Assembly: GCA_964441495.1 (NCBI GenBank)
Contig: CAYTXV010000001.1
Coordinates: 58,851 to 122,850 of the forward strand
Source: an uncultured Candidatus Saccharibacteria bacterium
GTDB taxonomy: Bacteria > Patescibacteriota > Minisyncoccia > Phycocordibacterales > UBA9973
Length of the DNA stretch: 64,000 nt
Reading direction: 5' to 3'
This document shows positions 36,523 to 48,835 of this stretch, one piece after another. The stretch's first letter is position 1; each line of letters starts with the position of its first letter. The notes under the pieces are model-generated. The model had not been told where the DNA came from, searched no databases, and saw nothing but the letters and a program-made list of their open reading frames with translations. The translations under genes and the position numbers were made by a program.

Positions 36523-37146
36523 TTAGGCGATCACTCCGAGATCTCGAAACACTATCTCATAGTATGAAAGCGTCCGGCGCGCCTCAGGTAGTGTGAGTGA
36601 AAAATCAGCACCATCATGTGCGATACGGTTACGCACTTTGTGTGCCTCCCAGGCGATCTGAACAGAAGGAAGTATCGCAGGAGAAACGTTTTTGAGCTTA
36701 TCTCCGAGCGTATCCCCGGGCACACCTTTGCTATCGAGTACTCTATCGAGATAGATGTCTGCCTCGATGATGCCGAGGCGCCATTCGCTTTGATTTTCGC
36801 TCAAAAGCTTAGTGCGTACATCTTCCCATGTCTCGTTGCGCGGTACCACAACTATCTCACCAGGAAGCCCTGAATCTATAGGTGTGCTTTGTGTGGGCTG
36901 GCTGGTAGTAGCGGTGACAGATGGCGCGTCATTTTTTTGCTTCTTTTTATCTTCTTGTTTGAGCTCGTAGAGTCTGACGAGACAGTAGAGTACGATAGTG
37001 ATCGCCGCAATGAGAAGCAACGAGACGATCACCTGAAGGAGTGAGAGAAATTGAACAGAAAACAATGGCGAGATGACGTTGCCCCACAACCACGAAAAGA
37101 TAAACTCGACGTTGAGAAATACTGGATCAGGAACCTGGCCTTGCAT
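36523..37146 (-). CDS. hypothetical membrane protein
   Basis: N-terminal TM helices, charged linker, conserved-looking C-terminal block WEAHKVRNRIAHDG; no family. Confidence 0.45.
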   Translation of the reverse strand: MQGQVPDPVFLNVEFIFSWLWGNVISPLFSVQFLSLLQVIVSLLLIAAITIVLYCLVRLYELKQEDKKKQKNDAPSVTATTSQPTQSTPIDSGLPGEIVVVPRNETWEDVRTKLLSENQSEWRLGIIEADIYLDRVLDSKGVPGDTLGDKLKNVSPAILPSVQIAWEAHKVRNRIAHDGADFSLTLPEARRTLSYYEIVFRDLGVIA

Positions 37147-37167
37147 ATAGAGATATTATCGCACAGA

Positions 37168-38550
37168 TTAGCGAATTTTTTCTAGGATTTTCCCAAGTTC
37201 AAACAGAGTCTCTTCATTTCCTTGCGATCCGATGAGTTGTAGTGCGATCGGAAGTCCTGCCGTTGTTGTGCCGCTTGGGATAGAGATCGCGGGGACATGT
37301 GCGATGTTGGCAGGTACAGTGAAGAGATCTGAGAGATACATTGCGATTGGATCAGAAGCTTTTTCACCGATACTAAATGCCGCGGTTGGTGTGGTTGGAG
37401 TGAGGATTGCGTCATATGTCTCAAATGCTTGGGAAAGCTCTTGTTTGATGATGTTGCGCACCGCGATCGCTTTGTTGTAGTAGGCATCATAGTATCCATG
37501 TGAGAGTACGTAGGTACCAAGGAGAATACGACGTCTCACCTCTTTGCCAAAGAGTGTGCCTCGAGTTGCACTATAGAGATCGTGGATTTTCTCTCCTACT
37601 TCACGTGGGCCGTACCGCACACCGTCAAATCGCGCAAGGTTCGATGATACTTCTGCAGGCATGAGGATATAGTAGACCGCAAGTGCGTTCTTGAAGTGAG
37701 GAAGTTCTATCTCATCGATAACATATCCTTGTGCTTTGAGTTTCTCAAGCATTGCTTCAAAGTTTGCTTGCACCTCTTCATCTACACCTCCCGCTGCAAA
37801 TATTCCTTTGGGTACTGCGAGCTTTTTCTTGGAAGCAGTTGAATGAAAAGCTTCAATCGATGTACTGTCGTATTCATCTTTACCTTTGATCACGTCGTAG
37901 ACAATCTGTGCATCCTCTGTCGTGTGTGCAAACGGACCGATCACATCAAGAGATGATCCCATCGCCATGAGTCCGTGACGAGATACTGCTCCGTATGTCG
38001 GCAGAAGTCCCACTACTCCACAAAACGCTGCTGGTTGACGGATAGAGCCGCCCGTGTCAGACCCAAGTGAGACAACTGCAAGCCCCGCCGCAACCGCAGC
38101 TGCAGCGCCACCGGATGACCCGCCAGGAACTTTGGTTTCATCGAGAGGATTTCGTGTCACACCATATGCAGAGTTTTCGGTACTTGAACCCATCGCAAAT
38201 TCATCCATGTTGGTCCGTCCGATGATGATTGCGCCCGCCGCACGAAGCTTGGCAATAACAGTCGCATCATAACTCGCGACATACCCTTCCAGGATTTTGG
38301 AAGACGCGCCAGCGTGGTGTCCGGCAAACAATATGTTGTCCTTAATCGCAATCGGCACACCCGTAAGCGCAGTGCCTTTTCCTGATTTCAAAAGTTCTTC
38401 TGCGGCAAGTGCTTGTGCTTCGATATTATCAAATACTTCTCGAAAAATATTGCGAGTATCAGCACGCGCCTTTGCTTCGTATTCTTTTGCAATGTCGAGA
38501 ATACGTGTGCCGCTTTGGATTCTGTGTTGGATGTCTTTGATAGTTTCCAT
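37168..38550 (-). CDS. gatA: Glu-tRNA(Gln)/Asp-tRNA(Asn) amidotransferase subunit A
   Basis: Amidase signature GGSSGGAAAAVAAG. Confidence 0.9.
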   Translation of the reverse strand: METIKDIQHRIQSGTRILDIAKEYEAKARADTRNIFREVFDNIEAQALAAEELLKSGKGTALTGVPIAIKDNILFAGHHAGASSKILEGYVASYDATVIAKLRAAGAIIIGRTNMDEFAMGSSTENSAYGVTRNPLDETKVPGGSSGGAAAAVAAGLAVVSLGSDTGGSIRQPAAFCGVVGLLPTYGAVSRHGLMAMGSSLDVIGPFAHTTEDAQIVYDVIKGKDEYDSTSIEAFHSTASKKKLAVPKGIFAAGGVDEEVQANFEAMLEKLKAQGYVIDEIELPHFKNALAVYYILMPAEVSSNLARFDGVRYGPREVGEKIHDLYSATRGTLFGKEVRRRILLGTYVLSHGYYDAYYNKAIAVRNIIKQELSQAFETYDAILTPTTPTAAFSIGEKASDPIAMYLSDLFTVPANIAHVPAISIPSGTTTAGLPIALQLIGSQGNEETLFELGKILEKIR

Positions 38551-38555
38551 ATAAC

Positions 38556-38831
38556 TTACTCGGTAATAACCTTAGGAACTTTTACAAAATGATCTTGGTG
38601 AAGTGCCGCTGCTTCGACCAAGTCATGTGCAGGTGCAATAGGTGCGACGGTATCATCGCGAAATACATTAATCTCAGATGTCTTTGCTTCTGCAGTATCG
38701 ATCTGTACCTTTTGAATCTCATCTACAAATCCCAAGATCGTCCCCATCTCGCTCGCTACCTGCGCAAGCTCTGCCTCAGGCACATCAAGTCGTGCCAAAT
38801 GTGCCAATTTCTTTACCTGTTCGATATCCAT
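38556..38831 (-). CDS. gatC: Glu-tRNA(Gln) amidotransferase subunit C
   Basis: About 92 aa, MDIEQVKKLAHLARLDV... GatC-like, directly upstream of gatA. Confidence 0.8.
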   Translation of the reverse strand: MDIEQVKKLAHLARLDVPEAELAQVASEMGTILGFVDEIQKVQIDTAEAKTSEINVFRDDTVAPIAPAHDLVEAAALHQDHFVKVPKVITE

Positions 38832-38922
38832 AGTGCATTTACTATAGCAGAATACCGGCATTTTGAGGATGGTATTGACTTATATGTTTAAAAGTAGTAT
38901 AATTAAAACAAGTTAAAGTACA

Positions 38923-39192
38923 ATGAAAAAAGCAGCTATTTGGGGTCAAGCAACCAAAATAATAGTCATTATATATGTAACTATTGGTGGTGGATATGAA
39001 ATTTACTCAGGTATCATTACCCGCCATATGCATTCAAGTTTCATATTTGCATTTCTTTCCGGCTCTATCTTTATTGGAAGAATAGGATACGGAATAACAT
39101 CAGGTGCAAAGAAAACAGTTCCTGCTGATATTTACGGATTGATTGTAATGTGGACAATTGCTGGCATGAGACTATATTTTGACGGTTTCTAA
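38923..39192 (+). CDS. hypothetical small membrane protein
   Basis: 89 aa with 3 hydrophobic segments. Confidence 0.35.
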   Translation: MKKAAIWGQATKIIVIIYVTIGGGYEIYSGIITRHMHSSFIFAFLSGSIFIGRIGYGITSGAKKTVPADIYGLIVMWTIAGMRLYFDGF

Positions 39193-39238
39193 TAAACTCC
39201 TAAAAATTTTAACAAAGCTTTCTTAAAAGCTTTGTTTT

Positions 39239-41692
<2,454 letters not shown>

Positions 41693-41711
<19 letters not shown>

Positions 41712-42337
41712 GTGAGAGTGATTGATTGAGTTGCTGATTTGGGATTGGTACCGTTGAGCCAATCCATGCGCGCAGTGACGATGAGTTGTTCCACACCATC
41801 TACGGTAACAGGTTCCATCTTGATAGTACGTACAAACGATGTTTCATATGGCTGAGCCTGTTGTGGATCTAGGTTGAGATCCTCAAATGTATTTGAATTC
41901 AAAAATCCATACCCATAAAAGCCTGCAGCTGGAAAATAATTTAACTTCGAGCAACGACCGTTGCATGCAACTACTCTATCAAGATCGTTTCGAGCATAAG
42001 GGTTCACGATGCAGCCGTCAGGATTGTTGGTCACCACACAGTTACGACCAAAGTCGCGACTAGGATCATTGAGCCACGCAGACCAGTTAGCGCCTTGTGG
42101 GAGACTAGGATCAGTATTTTGATTTTGCGCGGCAGTATCACGCGTATTTCTGATATACTCGAGCGACTCTTGGAGGAGATTTGCTGCAACAATATCGTTT
42201 TTGGCATAGCGGATAGAGAAGAATCCTCCTGCAGTGAGTGTGAGTAGTGCCCCAATCGTGAGCGCAAGGATAAGTATCGCGATGAGTGTCTCGATGAGTG
42301 TAAATCCTGATTGTTGTATGTTGTGTTTGTTGTTCAT
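41693..42337 (-). CDS. type IV minor pilin (prepilin-type N-terminal methylation domain)
   Basis: QSGFTLIETLIAILILAL. Confidence 0.7.
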
Positions 42338-42342
42338 AGATA

Positions 42343-42960
42343 TTATGTTCCTACACTAGGCTCTGGAGTACGCTGCGAGAGTAGTGTCTGTATCGCAAAC
42401 GGAACCGATGTGCCGCCTTGCACCGACGCAACTCCTTCAAGTTTTATGATAACACTCGGTTGTTCTCCGTCAGTATAACTTGCACCACTAACATAAAAAC
42501 GCATGTTTTCGATGCTGATCTCTGGAGAAGTGATCGCTATCCATGACCCTGGAGCACCGGGTCCACTCGTCGGATCTCCTACTACCAGAAACGGTGTGTT
42601 TCTTTTATATATTGCCCCGTTTTCAAATTTGTATTCAACAATCTGGCTTTTGCCGAGCGTACTGTGCATCGAGATATTTGCCGTACCTGCACCACTTATC
42701 CCTATTGGGCAACTTACCTCGCGAGCACCATCTATCTCACTACCACAGGTGATATCTTCACTCGTCTTGATATTGCGACTCATCGACTCCATCGCAAAGT
42801 TGATGTTGTCCATGACGGTACGCATCGCTTGGACACGCTTGGATGCATCGTTGACAGTATAGAGCGATCCGACGAGCGCAAGTACCACGATGATAAAGAG
42901 CGAGAGCGATACCATGAGCTCGACAAGTGTAAATCCTGATTGTGAAGAGTGGTGCTTCAT
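42343..42960 (-). CDS. type IV minor pilin
   Basis: QSGFTLVELMVSLSLFII. Confidence 0.7.
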   Translation of the reverse strand: MKHHSSQSGFTLVELMVSLSLFIIVVLALVGSLYTVNDASKRVQAMRTVMDNINFAMESMSRNIKTSEDITCGSEIDGAREVSCPIGISGAGTANISMHSTLGKSQIVEYKFENGAIYKRNTPFLVVGDPTSGPGAPGSWIAITSPEISIENMRFYVSGASYTDGEQPSVIIKLEGVASVQGGTSVPFAIQTLLSQRTPEPSVGT

Positions 42961-42964
42961 ACAA

Positions 42965-43630
42965 CTATTGTACGCTGATCTGTCCGGTAGACCAAACAGT
43001 CACTGAGCGTTTGAGACCTTTTGCTGACTCAAGGTTAAGTGTGACATAAGGGATGTCACAGAGATATTCAGCTGTATTTGATCTCATGCAGATAACTGCA
43101 TCAGGGCTTGGTCGTTCAAACGTGATGGCAACGTCTGCGTCATCAGTAAAGCATGCAGGACGACTACCACTTACTACAACAGCACAGATACTTGAGATCT
43201 TGTCTGCAGTCGTGATAGTGAAGCTTTCAAGGCATTCGTCATCAGGTGCAGGATTGCCGCACTGTGTACCTTTTTCGTATAGGTTTTGACCGTTACTACC
43301 TGTTTGTGCAAAGAGTACAAACTGCTTGGGTCCTGGCGTCATAGGATCTGGCGGAGTAAGCGGGCCATCGACAGCGAAACTAATGCCGTACCCAGGAAAT
43401 GTCTGACTATCGACACCACTGAGTCCTTCGATTGGGCGTGCACTTGTTGCATAGGTTTGTGCTTTGCGGATAGAGAGCGCGACTTCTTGCGCGAGGTTGC
43501 GCACTGACACATTGGTGCTAAAGTCTGAGTAGTTGAAGATGATCACACTCGACACCGCAGCGATAATCGCAACGACGACGATCATCTCGATGAGTGTCAC
43601 ACCTGCTTGTAAGGGGTTCTTTAGTGCCAT
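42965..43630 (-). CDS. type IV minor pilin
   Basis: AGVTLIEMIVVVAIIA. Confidence 0.65.
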   Translation of the reverse strand: MALKNPLQAGVTLIEMIVVVAIIAAVSSVIIFNYSDFSTNVSVRNLAQEVALSIRKAQTYATSARPIEGLSGVDSQTFPGYGISFAVDGPLTPPDPMTPGPKQFVLFAQTGSNGQNLYEKGTQCGNPAPDDECLESFTITTADKISSICAVVVSGSRPACFTDDADVAITFERPSPDAVICMRSNTAEYLCDIPYVTLNLESAKGLKRSVTVWSTGQISVQ

Positions 43631-44409
43631 ACTGGAAAGAGTGATTGTATTGTAACACCCCACAGCACTACGATACAAAGTCCGATGATGAGAAATGGCC
43701 CAAATGCAATCTCACTCTTCATCCCGTAGCGACGCGAGATACCGATGAGGAGTAGTCCAACGATTGCTCCAATCCAAAACGCAAGGAGTACTGCAGTAAA
43801 TCCTTGTACAAGTCCAACAAGCCAGCCGATCGCAAGTGCAAGCTTCACATCACCAAACCCCATCGCTCTGCCTTTGGAGAAATACCATAATGCAAAAAAC
43901 GGAAGTGTAACGATCGTCCCCTCAAGGATGCGTCCCCATGGCAAAAACAGTGGATCCTGCACTGCGCTCCAGATGATCGATGCAAATGCAAGTAGTATCA
44001 GCGGGTACACCACGGTATCGGGGATAATCTTGTGGCGAAGGTCATAGACAGTGATCACGATAAGCAGGGACGCAACCGTTGCAGCAAATCCCCAACTGAT
44101 GAGCGCGTACATGCTCAATCCACCAATCAAGAACTTGGTGTACAGAAGCACAAACACAATCGCAGTCACGAGCTCGACGATCGGGTACTGCACCGAGATA
44201 TCTCTGCGACAGGTGCGACACTTGCCACGTAGTCCGATGAACGAAAACACCGGGATGAGCTCATACCAGCGGAGCGTATGGTTGCAGCGTGCGCAGGCAC
44301 TGCGCCCAGTGACGACAGATCGCCCCGTGTTGAGACGCAGTATAACAACGTTGAGGAAACTCCCTACCAGGAGTCCGAGTGTAAATACAAGTAATGGGAT
44401 AAATATAAG
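43621..44409 (-). CDS. pilD: prepilin peptidase (A24 family)
   Basis: N-terminal CxxC...CxxC zinc-binding region, multi-TM, DUF/peptidase A24 layout. Start trimmed to avoid overlap with pilA. Confidence 0.8.
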   Translation of the reverse strand, partial: LIFIPLLVFTLGLLVGSFLNVVILRLNTGRSVVTGRSACARCNHTLRWYELIPVFSFIGLRGKCRTCRRDISVQYPIVELVTAIVFVLLYTKFLIGGLSMYALISWGFAATVASLLIVITVYDLRHKIIPDTVVYPLILLAFASIIWSAVQDPLFLPWGRILEGTIVTLPFFALWYFSKGRAMGFGDVKLALAIGWLVGLVQGFTAVLLAFWIGAIVGLLLIGISRRYGMKSEIAFGPFLIIGLCIVVLWGVTIQSLFPVWH

Positions 44410-44416
44410 CATATAA

Positions 44417-44953
44417 TTATAAACACCGAGCGCCGGTGGTAGTAAACAGTCCACTAGCATTTGCAGTAACTGGGGAGTTTTGCTGTTTTGCAATTCCCTG
44501 TGCATCGACACACCAAGACTTGGTTGGGTCTGATTTGAGTGTCACCGCAACAGCCCAATCAGTGCTCGTACTAGTACACGCAGTATTCCAATAGATGTGT
44601 GTTGCTGCTCCTCCTGACTGCTTATTTGCTTCCGCAATAATCTGATTTATTTTGACCGACTGAGGAGAAGCTGCTTTTTGGAATATATTATCATCGGCAC
44701 TAAGGTTAACTGGGCAATACCCTCCTGGATTACCAGTATTGGGGTATGGGACTGATCCAAAACTCCCCTGATCGATACTATAAAGCTGCCCTTCAGTTCT
44801 GATTTGCGCAAGACCTGCTTTGATGTTTGCATCAGCTGCTTTGTCGCGAGCAGAACGAAGTGACGCAAGCACCACAGACGCAAGGATACCAATGATTGCG
44901 ATCACCACGAGGAGTTCGATGAGGGTGAAGCCTTTTTGATAAGGTGATTTCAT
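44417..44953 (-). CDS. pilA: type IV major pilin paralog 1
   Basis: KGFTLIELLVVIAIIGILASVVLASL class III signal. Confidence 0.85.
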   Translation of the reverse strand: MKSPYQKGFTLIELLVVIAIIGILASVVLASLRSARDKAADANIKAGLAQIRTEGQLYSIDQGSFGSVPYPNTGNPGGYCPVNLSADDNIFQKAASPQSVKINQIIAEANKQSGGAATHIYWNTACTSTSTDWAVAVTLKSDPTKSWCVDAQGIAKQQNSPVTANASGLFTTTGARCL

Positions 44954-45036
44954 ACAACACAAAGTATATCACCGCCCCAAAACAAAAAACACCCCGAAGG
45001 GTGTTTTTTGTTTTGAGATTCGAAAAATAGCCCTGA

Positions 45037-45498
45037 CTAGTTACACGCGGTAAGATTAGCTGTAACAATAGTTCCATTTCTTGATGCACCAGTACTATCT
45101 ACACAGTAGAATGTTGTTGGTGCAGTTTTTAATGGTACTGCTGCTGCCCATGCACTAGCACTGTCATTACAAACAGCTACGGGTGTAGTTGTACTTGTGG
45201 CACCTGTAGCAACTGTTGCTGAGTTCCCAAGAGATGTTACTGCTGCTGCCGCTATTAATGCTTTGATTCCACCGGTTGTAGCGGTACACACACCGGTATA
45301 TGTTGATGTTGTACCGTTATCATAGAACAACTCTGCCTGCGCACGAGCGTTTGCAAGGTTTGCTTTGATGTTTGCATCAGCACCCTTTGCACGTGCAGTG
45401 TTGAGTGACGCAAGCACCACAGACGCAAGGATACCAATGATTGCGATCACCACGAGGAGTTCGATGAGGGTGAAACCGCCTTTAAAATTCTTTTTCAT
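45037..45498 (-). CDS. pilA: type IV major pilin paralog 2
   Basis: GGFTLIELLVVIAIIGILASVVLASL. Confidence 0.85.
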   Translation of the reverse strand: MKKNFKGGFTLIELLVVIAIIGILASVVLASLNTARAKGADANIKANLANARAQAELFYDNGTTSTYTGVCTATTGGIKALIAAAAVTSLGNSATVATGATSTTTPVAVCNDSASAWAAAVPLKTAPTTFYCVDSTGASRNGTIVTANLTACN

Positions 45499-45594
45499 AA
45501 ATGAAATCTAATCAAGATAATTGATAATAATCGATTATTACAAATGTCTTTGTAACGCCTTACAGTATAGCATTCTTTCAGGTATCCCTAGAAG

Positions 45595-46125
45595 TTATTC
45601 ACAAACCCCAGCTCGAGGACAAGTATTTGGTGGCTGCTCTACTCGCGTGCAGTTTATTGCCATATTATCAAGTCTTTGAATATATGCTTGGGCTCTACCA
45701 CTACTATCTATGCACCAGCCTCCGGGATATACTGATTTAATTGCTCCATAAATAGTGTATGAGGAAGTAGGTGTTGTTGTTATATTTATACGAACAAAAT
45801 TACCTGGTTCTGCGTTTCTCTTTGCCATGTCTGTAAGCATTGCAAGTATGGTTTGATCATTTAAGATGGTACACCCTCCTAATACGCTACCAGTAGAACT
45901 AACCTGACACCAATCTGCAGTTCCATAATCTTTATTGGTATCATAATAGTTTTCCATTTGCGTGCGCAGTTGACTAAATGTTGACTTAATGGCAGCGTCA
46001 GCACCCTTGTTGCGTGCACTATTGAGGCTCGCAAGCACCACAGACGCAAGGATACCGATGATTGCGATCACCACGAGGAGTTCGATGAGGGTGAAACCGC
46101 CTTTAAATTTAAAATTCTTTTTCAT
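45595..46125 (-). CDS. pilA: type IV major pilin paralog 3
   Basis: GGFTLIELLVVIAIIGILASVVLASL; start at MKKNFKFKGG. Confidence 0.8.
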   Translation of the reverse strand: MKKNFKFKGGFTLIELLVVIAIIGILASVVLASLNSARNKGADAAIKSTFSQLRTQMENYYDTNKDYGTADWCQVSSTGSVLGGCTILNDQTILAMLTDMAKRNAEPGNFVRINITTTPTSSYTIYGAIKSVYPGGWCIDSSGRAQAYIQRLDNMAINCTRVEQPPNTCPRAGVCE

Positions 46126-46138
46126 GATGTTGCAGAGA

Positions 46139-47347
46139 TTAGCTGATACCACTTGCGATGTTGTAGATAGGGACGAGGATAGAGACAAGGAGGAGTCCAA
46201 CCCCCACACCGAGCGATATGATCATGAACGGCTCAATGAGTCCGACGAGTGTATCGACTGCTTCGTCGACTTCTCGGTTATAAAACTTTGCAAGCATTTT
46301 GAGGATAGAACCCATCGAACCGGTTTCTTCACCGACGAGGATGATCTGCGTCATGATCTTGGGGATCTCGGTTGGGTGCACAGAGAGTGCTTGTGAGAGT
46401 GGCTTACCAGCCTTCACAGACTCCATGGCGTCCAGCATCACTGCTTGGTAGCGCTTGTTGCCAACGACAGTTGCCGTGATCTCTATCGCGCGGATGATCG
46501 GGATACCTGATGAGAGCATCGTGTCCATGTTGTCAGCGATACGCGCCAAGTAAAGCTTCTGATAGAGGTTGCCGACAACAGGGATGCCGAGACGTGCTTC
46601 ATCGAGCACTTCTTTACCGCGTTTGGTACGCGAGAGTTTGATGAGATAACCCGCGAGGATCACGACACCGATCAAGAGAAATATCCCGTACTGCACGAGG
46701 AAGCTTGAAACTGCCATGACTATCTTGGTATAAAATGGTACATCTTGTCCGGACTCTTGGATGATCGCAGAGAGTTTGGGAACAACAACAGTAAACATGA
46801 GGATCATCACTGCGATAAATATACCGATGACGAACGCCGGGTACACAAGCGCATGCTTGGTCTTGGACGTGAGGGCGTACTGACGATCGAGGTAGTCTGC
46901 CATGTAGGCAAATACCTGGGTGAGCTTACCACTCTCCTCTCCGGCTTTGACCATGTTGACATAAAAGTCTGAGAACACATCAGGGTGCTTGGCAAGTGCT
47001 GCAGCGATAGCAGATCCTGCCTGCAAATCAGAGACGATTTGTTGGAGTTTACCAGCAAGCAGTTTGTTCTCAGTATTGTCCGCAAGGAGTGAAAATGCTT
47101 TGAGTGCAGACACCTGAGCATCAAAGAGTGTTGAGATTTGTCGCGAGAGGATCACGACTGACTTCATCGGGATCTTTTCGTAGATAGAAAGTTCAAACCA
47201 TTTCTTTTGCTCCTTTTCGTCTTTGATACTGGTGACGATGAGTCCTCGACGCTGGAGCCCTGCCACAGCAAGGTCACGATTGACCGCTTCGATCACTCCT
47301 TCTCGTTTCTCTCCTGCAGTAGTAATGGCTTGGTATTTGAAATTCAT
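46139..47347 (-). CDS. pilC: type IV pilus assembly platform protein PilC (GspF family)
   Basis: 402 aa with two T2SSF domains and 3-4 TM helices. Confidence 0.9.
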   Translation of the reverse strand: MNFKYQAITTAGEKREGVIEAVNRDLAVAGLQRRGLIVTSIKDEKEQKKWFELSIYEKIPMKSVVILSRQISTLFDAQVSALKAFSLLADNTENKLLAGKLQQIVSDLQAGSAIAAALAKHPDVFSDFYVNMVKAGEESGKLTQVFAYMADYLDRQYALTSKTKHALVYPAFVIGIFIAVMILMFTVVVPKLSAIIQESGQDVPFYTKIVMAVSSFLVQYGIFLLIGVVILAGYLIKLSRTKRGKEVLDEARLGIPVVGNLYQKLYLARIADNMDTMLSSGIPIIRAIEITATVVGNKRYQAVMLDAMESVKAGKPLSQALSVHPTEIPKIMTQIILVGEETGSMGSILKMLAKFYNREVDEAVDTLVGLIEPFMIISLGVGVGLLLVSILVPIYNIASGIS

Positions 47348-47360
47348 AGGTTAGATTTGA

Positions 47361-48419
47361 TTATAGCAAGCGCTCAAGGTTCTTGGGGTTGAGTGAGTAT
47401 GCGTATGCGTTCTCTATCGTGATTTCACCTTGGCGCACGAGCTCGATGAGTGAACGGTTCATATCGACCATCCCCTGTTCAAACCCTGTCTCGATCACCA
47501 TATCTATCTCATGGGTACGCTTCTCGCGGATGAGGTTGGCAACTGCAGGAGTGTTGATAAGGAGTTCATATGCTGGGATACGTCCACCAGCAACGCGCGG
47601 CACAAGTCGCTGCGAAAAGATACCGATGAGTGAGGACGCGAGCTGAACACGCACCTGATCCTGCTGAGCCGCTGGAAACGAGTCGATGATACGATCGATA
47701 GTTTGTGATGCGTTGTTGGTGTGAAGCGTCGAGAGAACCAAGTGTCCTGTCTCTGCTGCAGTGACGGCAGCAGCGATTGTTTCTGGATTTCGCATCTCGC
47801 CGATAAGGATAGCGTTGACGTCTTGGCGAAATGCTCCGCGGAGCCCTGCTTCGAAACTTGCGGTATCGATACCGACTTCGCGCTGATCGATGATTGCCTT
47901 TTTGGGTTCGTACACGTACTCAACAGGATCTTCGATCGTGAGAATGTGTGCTGCACGCTCTTCATTGATGACGCCAACCATCGATGACATTGTCGCGCTT
48001 TTACCTTGCCCCACAGGACCAACTACAAGGAAAAACCCCTGTCGCTTGCGTGCAAACTCAGCAAGGATTGGTGGCAGATTGAGCTCTTGGAGTGTTTTGA
48101 CATGGGGGATAAGTCGAAGCACCATCGAGTATTTGTTTTGTTGTACAAAGACGTTGCCGCGCAATCGAATGTGTCCTTGGTATTCGTACGAAAAATCAAG
48201 CTCTTGAGTATCGACAAAGTGTTTGTAGTGCTCAGGACTCAAGATAGCCTGGATGATGCCCTCCATGTCAGCTTGCGTCAGAGCTTGCCTGTTCATGAGA
48301 AAGATAAGCTCGCCGTTGACGCGCACTGCTGGGAACCGCCCAGTCGAAAGATGCAGATCTGAACCATCTTCTCGGATGAGTGTCTCAATCAATTCTTCAA
48401 ACGTCTTTTTATACTCCAT
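47361..48419 (-). CDS. pilT: twitching motility / pilus retraction ATPase PilT
   Basis: Walker A GPVGQGKS, Asp box, His box; 352 aa. Confidence 0.9.
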   Translation of the reverse strand: MEYKKTFEELIETLIREDGSDLHLSTGRFPAVRVNGELIFLMNRQALTQADMEGIIQAILSPEHYKHFVDTQELDFSYEYQGHIRLRGNVFVQQNKYSMVLRLIPHVKTLQELNLPPILAEFARKRQGFFLVVGPVGQGKSATMSSMVGVINEERAAHILTIEDPVEYVYEPKKAIIDQREVGIDTASFEAGLRGAFRQDVNAILIGEMRNPETIAAAVTAAETGHLVLSTLHTNNASQTIDRIIDSFPAAQQDQVRVQLASSLIGIFSQRLVPRVAGGRIPAYELLINTPAVANLIREKRTHEIDMVIETGFEQGMVDMNRSLIELVRQGEITIENAYAYSLNPKNLERLL

Positions 48420-48801
48420 GTTGGTTTATGACTTCTTGCACGTGAGCGACGACCTCACTTGGTGTAGCGTTTGCTTTGACGATATAACTTGCTGCGCCGA
48501 GTGACTTGCCACGAGCGATATCTTGGTCTTGCCCAAGGTTTGAAAGATAAATCTTGATAGTAGACTTTGCGAGACCTTCTGCGTTTATCTTTTCAAGGAG
48601 TTCAAATCCGTCTGTCCCAGGCATCACCACATCAAGGAGCATGATATCAGGAACAAGTCCTCCACGAAGTTTCTCGAGCGCTTGATCAGCATTACTTGCA
48701 GTCTGTACGTCATATTTCTCTTGAGAGAAGCGCATGGCATACATGTCGAGCAAGAAACTGTCGTCATCAACAATTAAAATAGTTTTTGTATTTGCATCCA
48801 T
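48409..48801 (-). CDS. single-domain response regulator (CheY/PilH-like)
   Basis: ILIVDDD...D(57-like)...K receiver motifs. Confidence 0.75.
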   Translation of the reverse strand: MDANTKTILIVDDDSFLLDMYAMRFSQEKYDVQTASNADQALEKLRGGLVPDIMLLDVVMPGTDGFELLEKINAEGLAKSTIKIYLSNLGQDQDIARGKSLGAASYIVKANATPSEVVAHVQEVINQHGV

Positions 48802-48835
48802 ACGCCTTAGTATACTCTGCTTCCCCTGTATCCGT

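Larger units (their letters stand above)
44834..46125. repeat. three direct DNA repeats (~90-120 bp, near identical) formed by the 5' ends of the tandem pilA genes
   Basis: ggcggtttcaccctcatcgaactcctcgtggtgatcgcaatcattggtatccttgcgtctgtggtgcttgcgtcact... recurs at about 44834-44953, 45380-45498 and 46005-46125 (minus-strand sense). Confidence 0.7.

Noticed and set aside
44834-46125. Possible CRISPR-like array suggested by regularly spaced ~100-bp repeats
   Set aside because: The repeats are the conserved 5' coding ends of three pilin genes, not short repeats separated by unique spacers. No CRISPR array or cas genes are present in the window.
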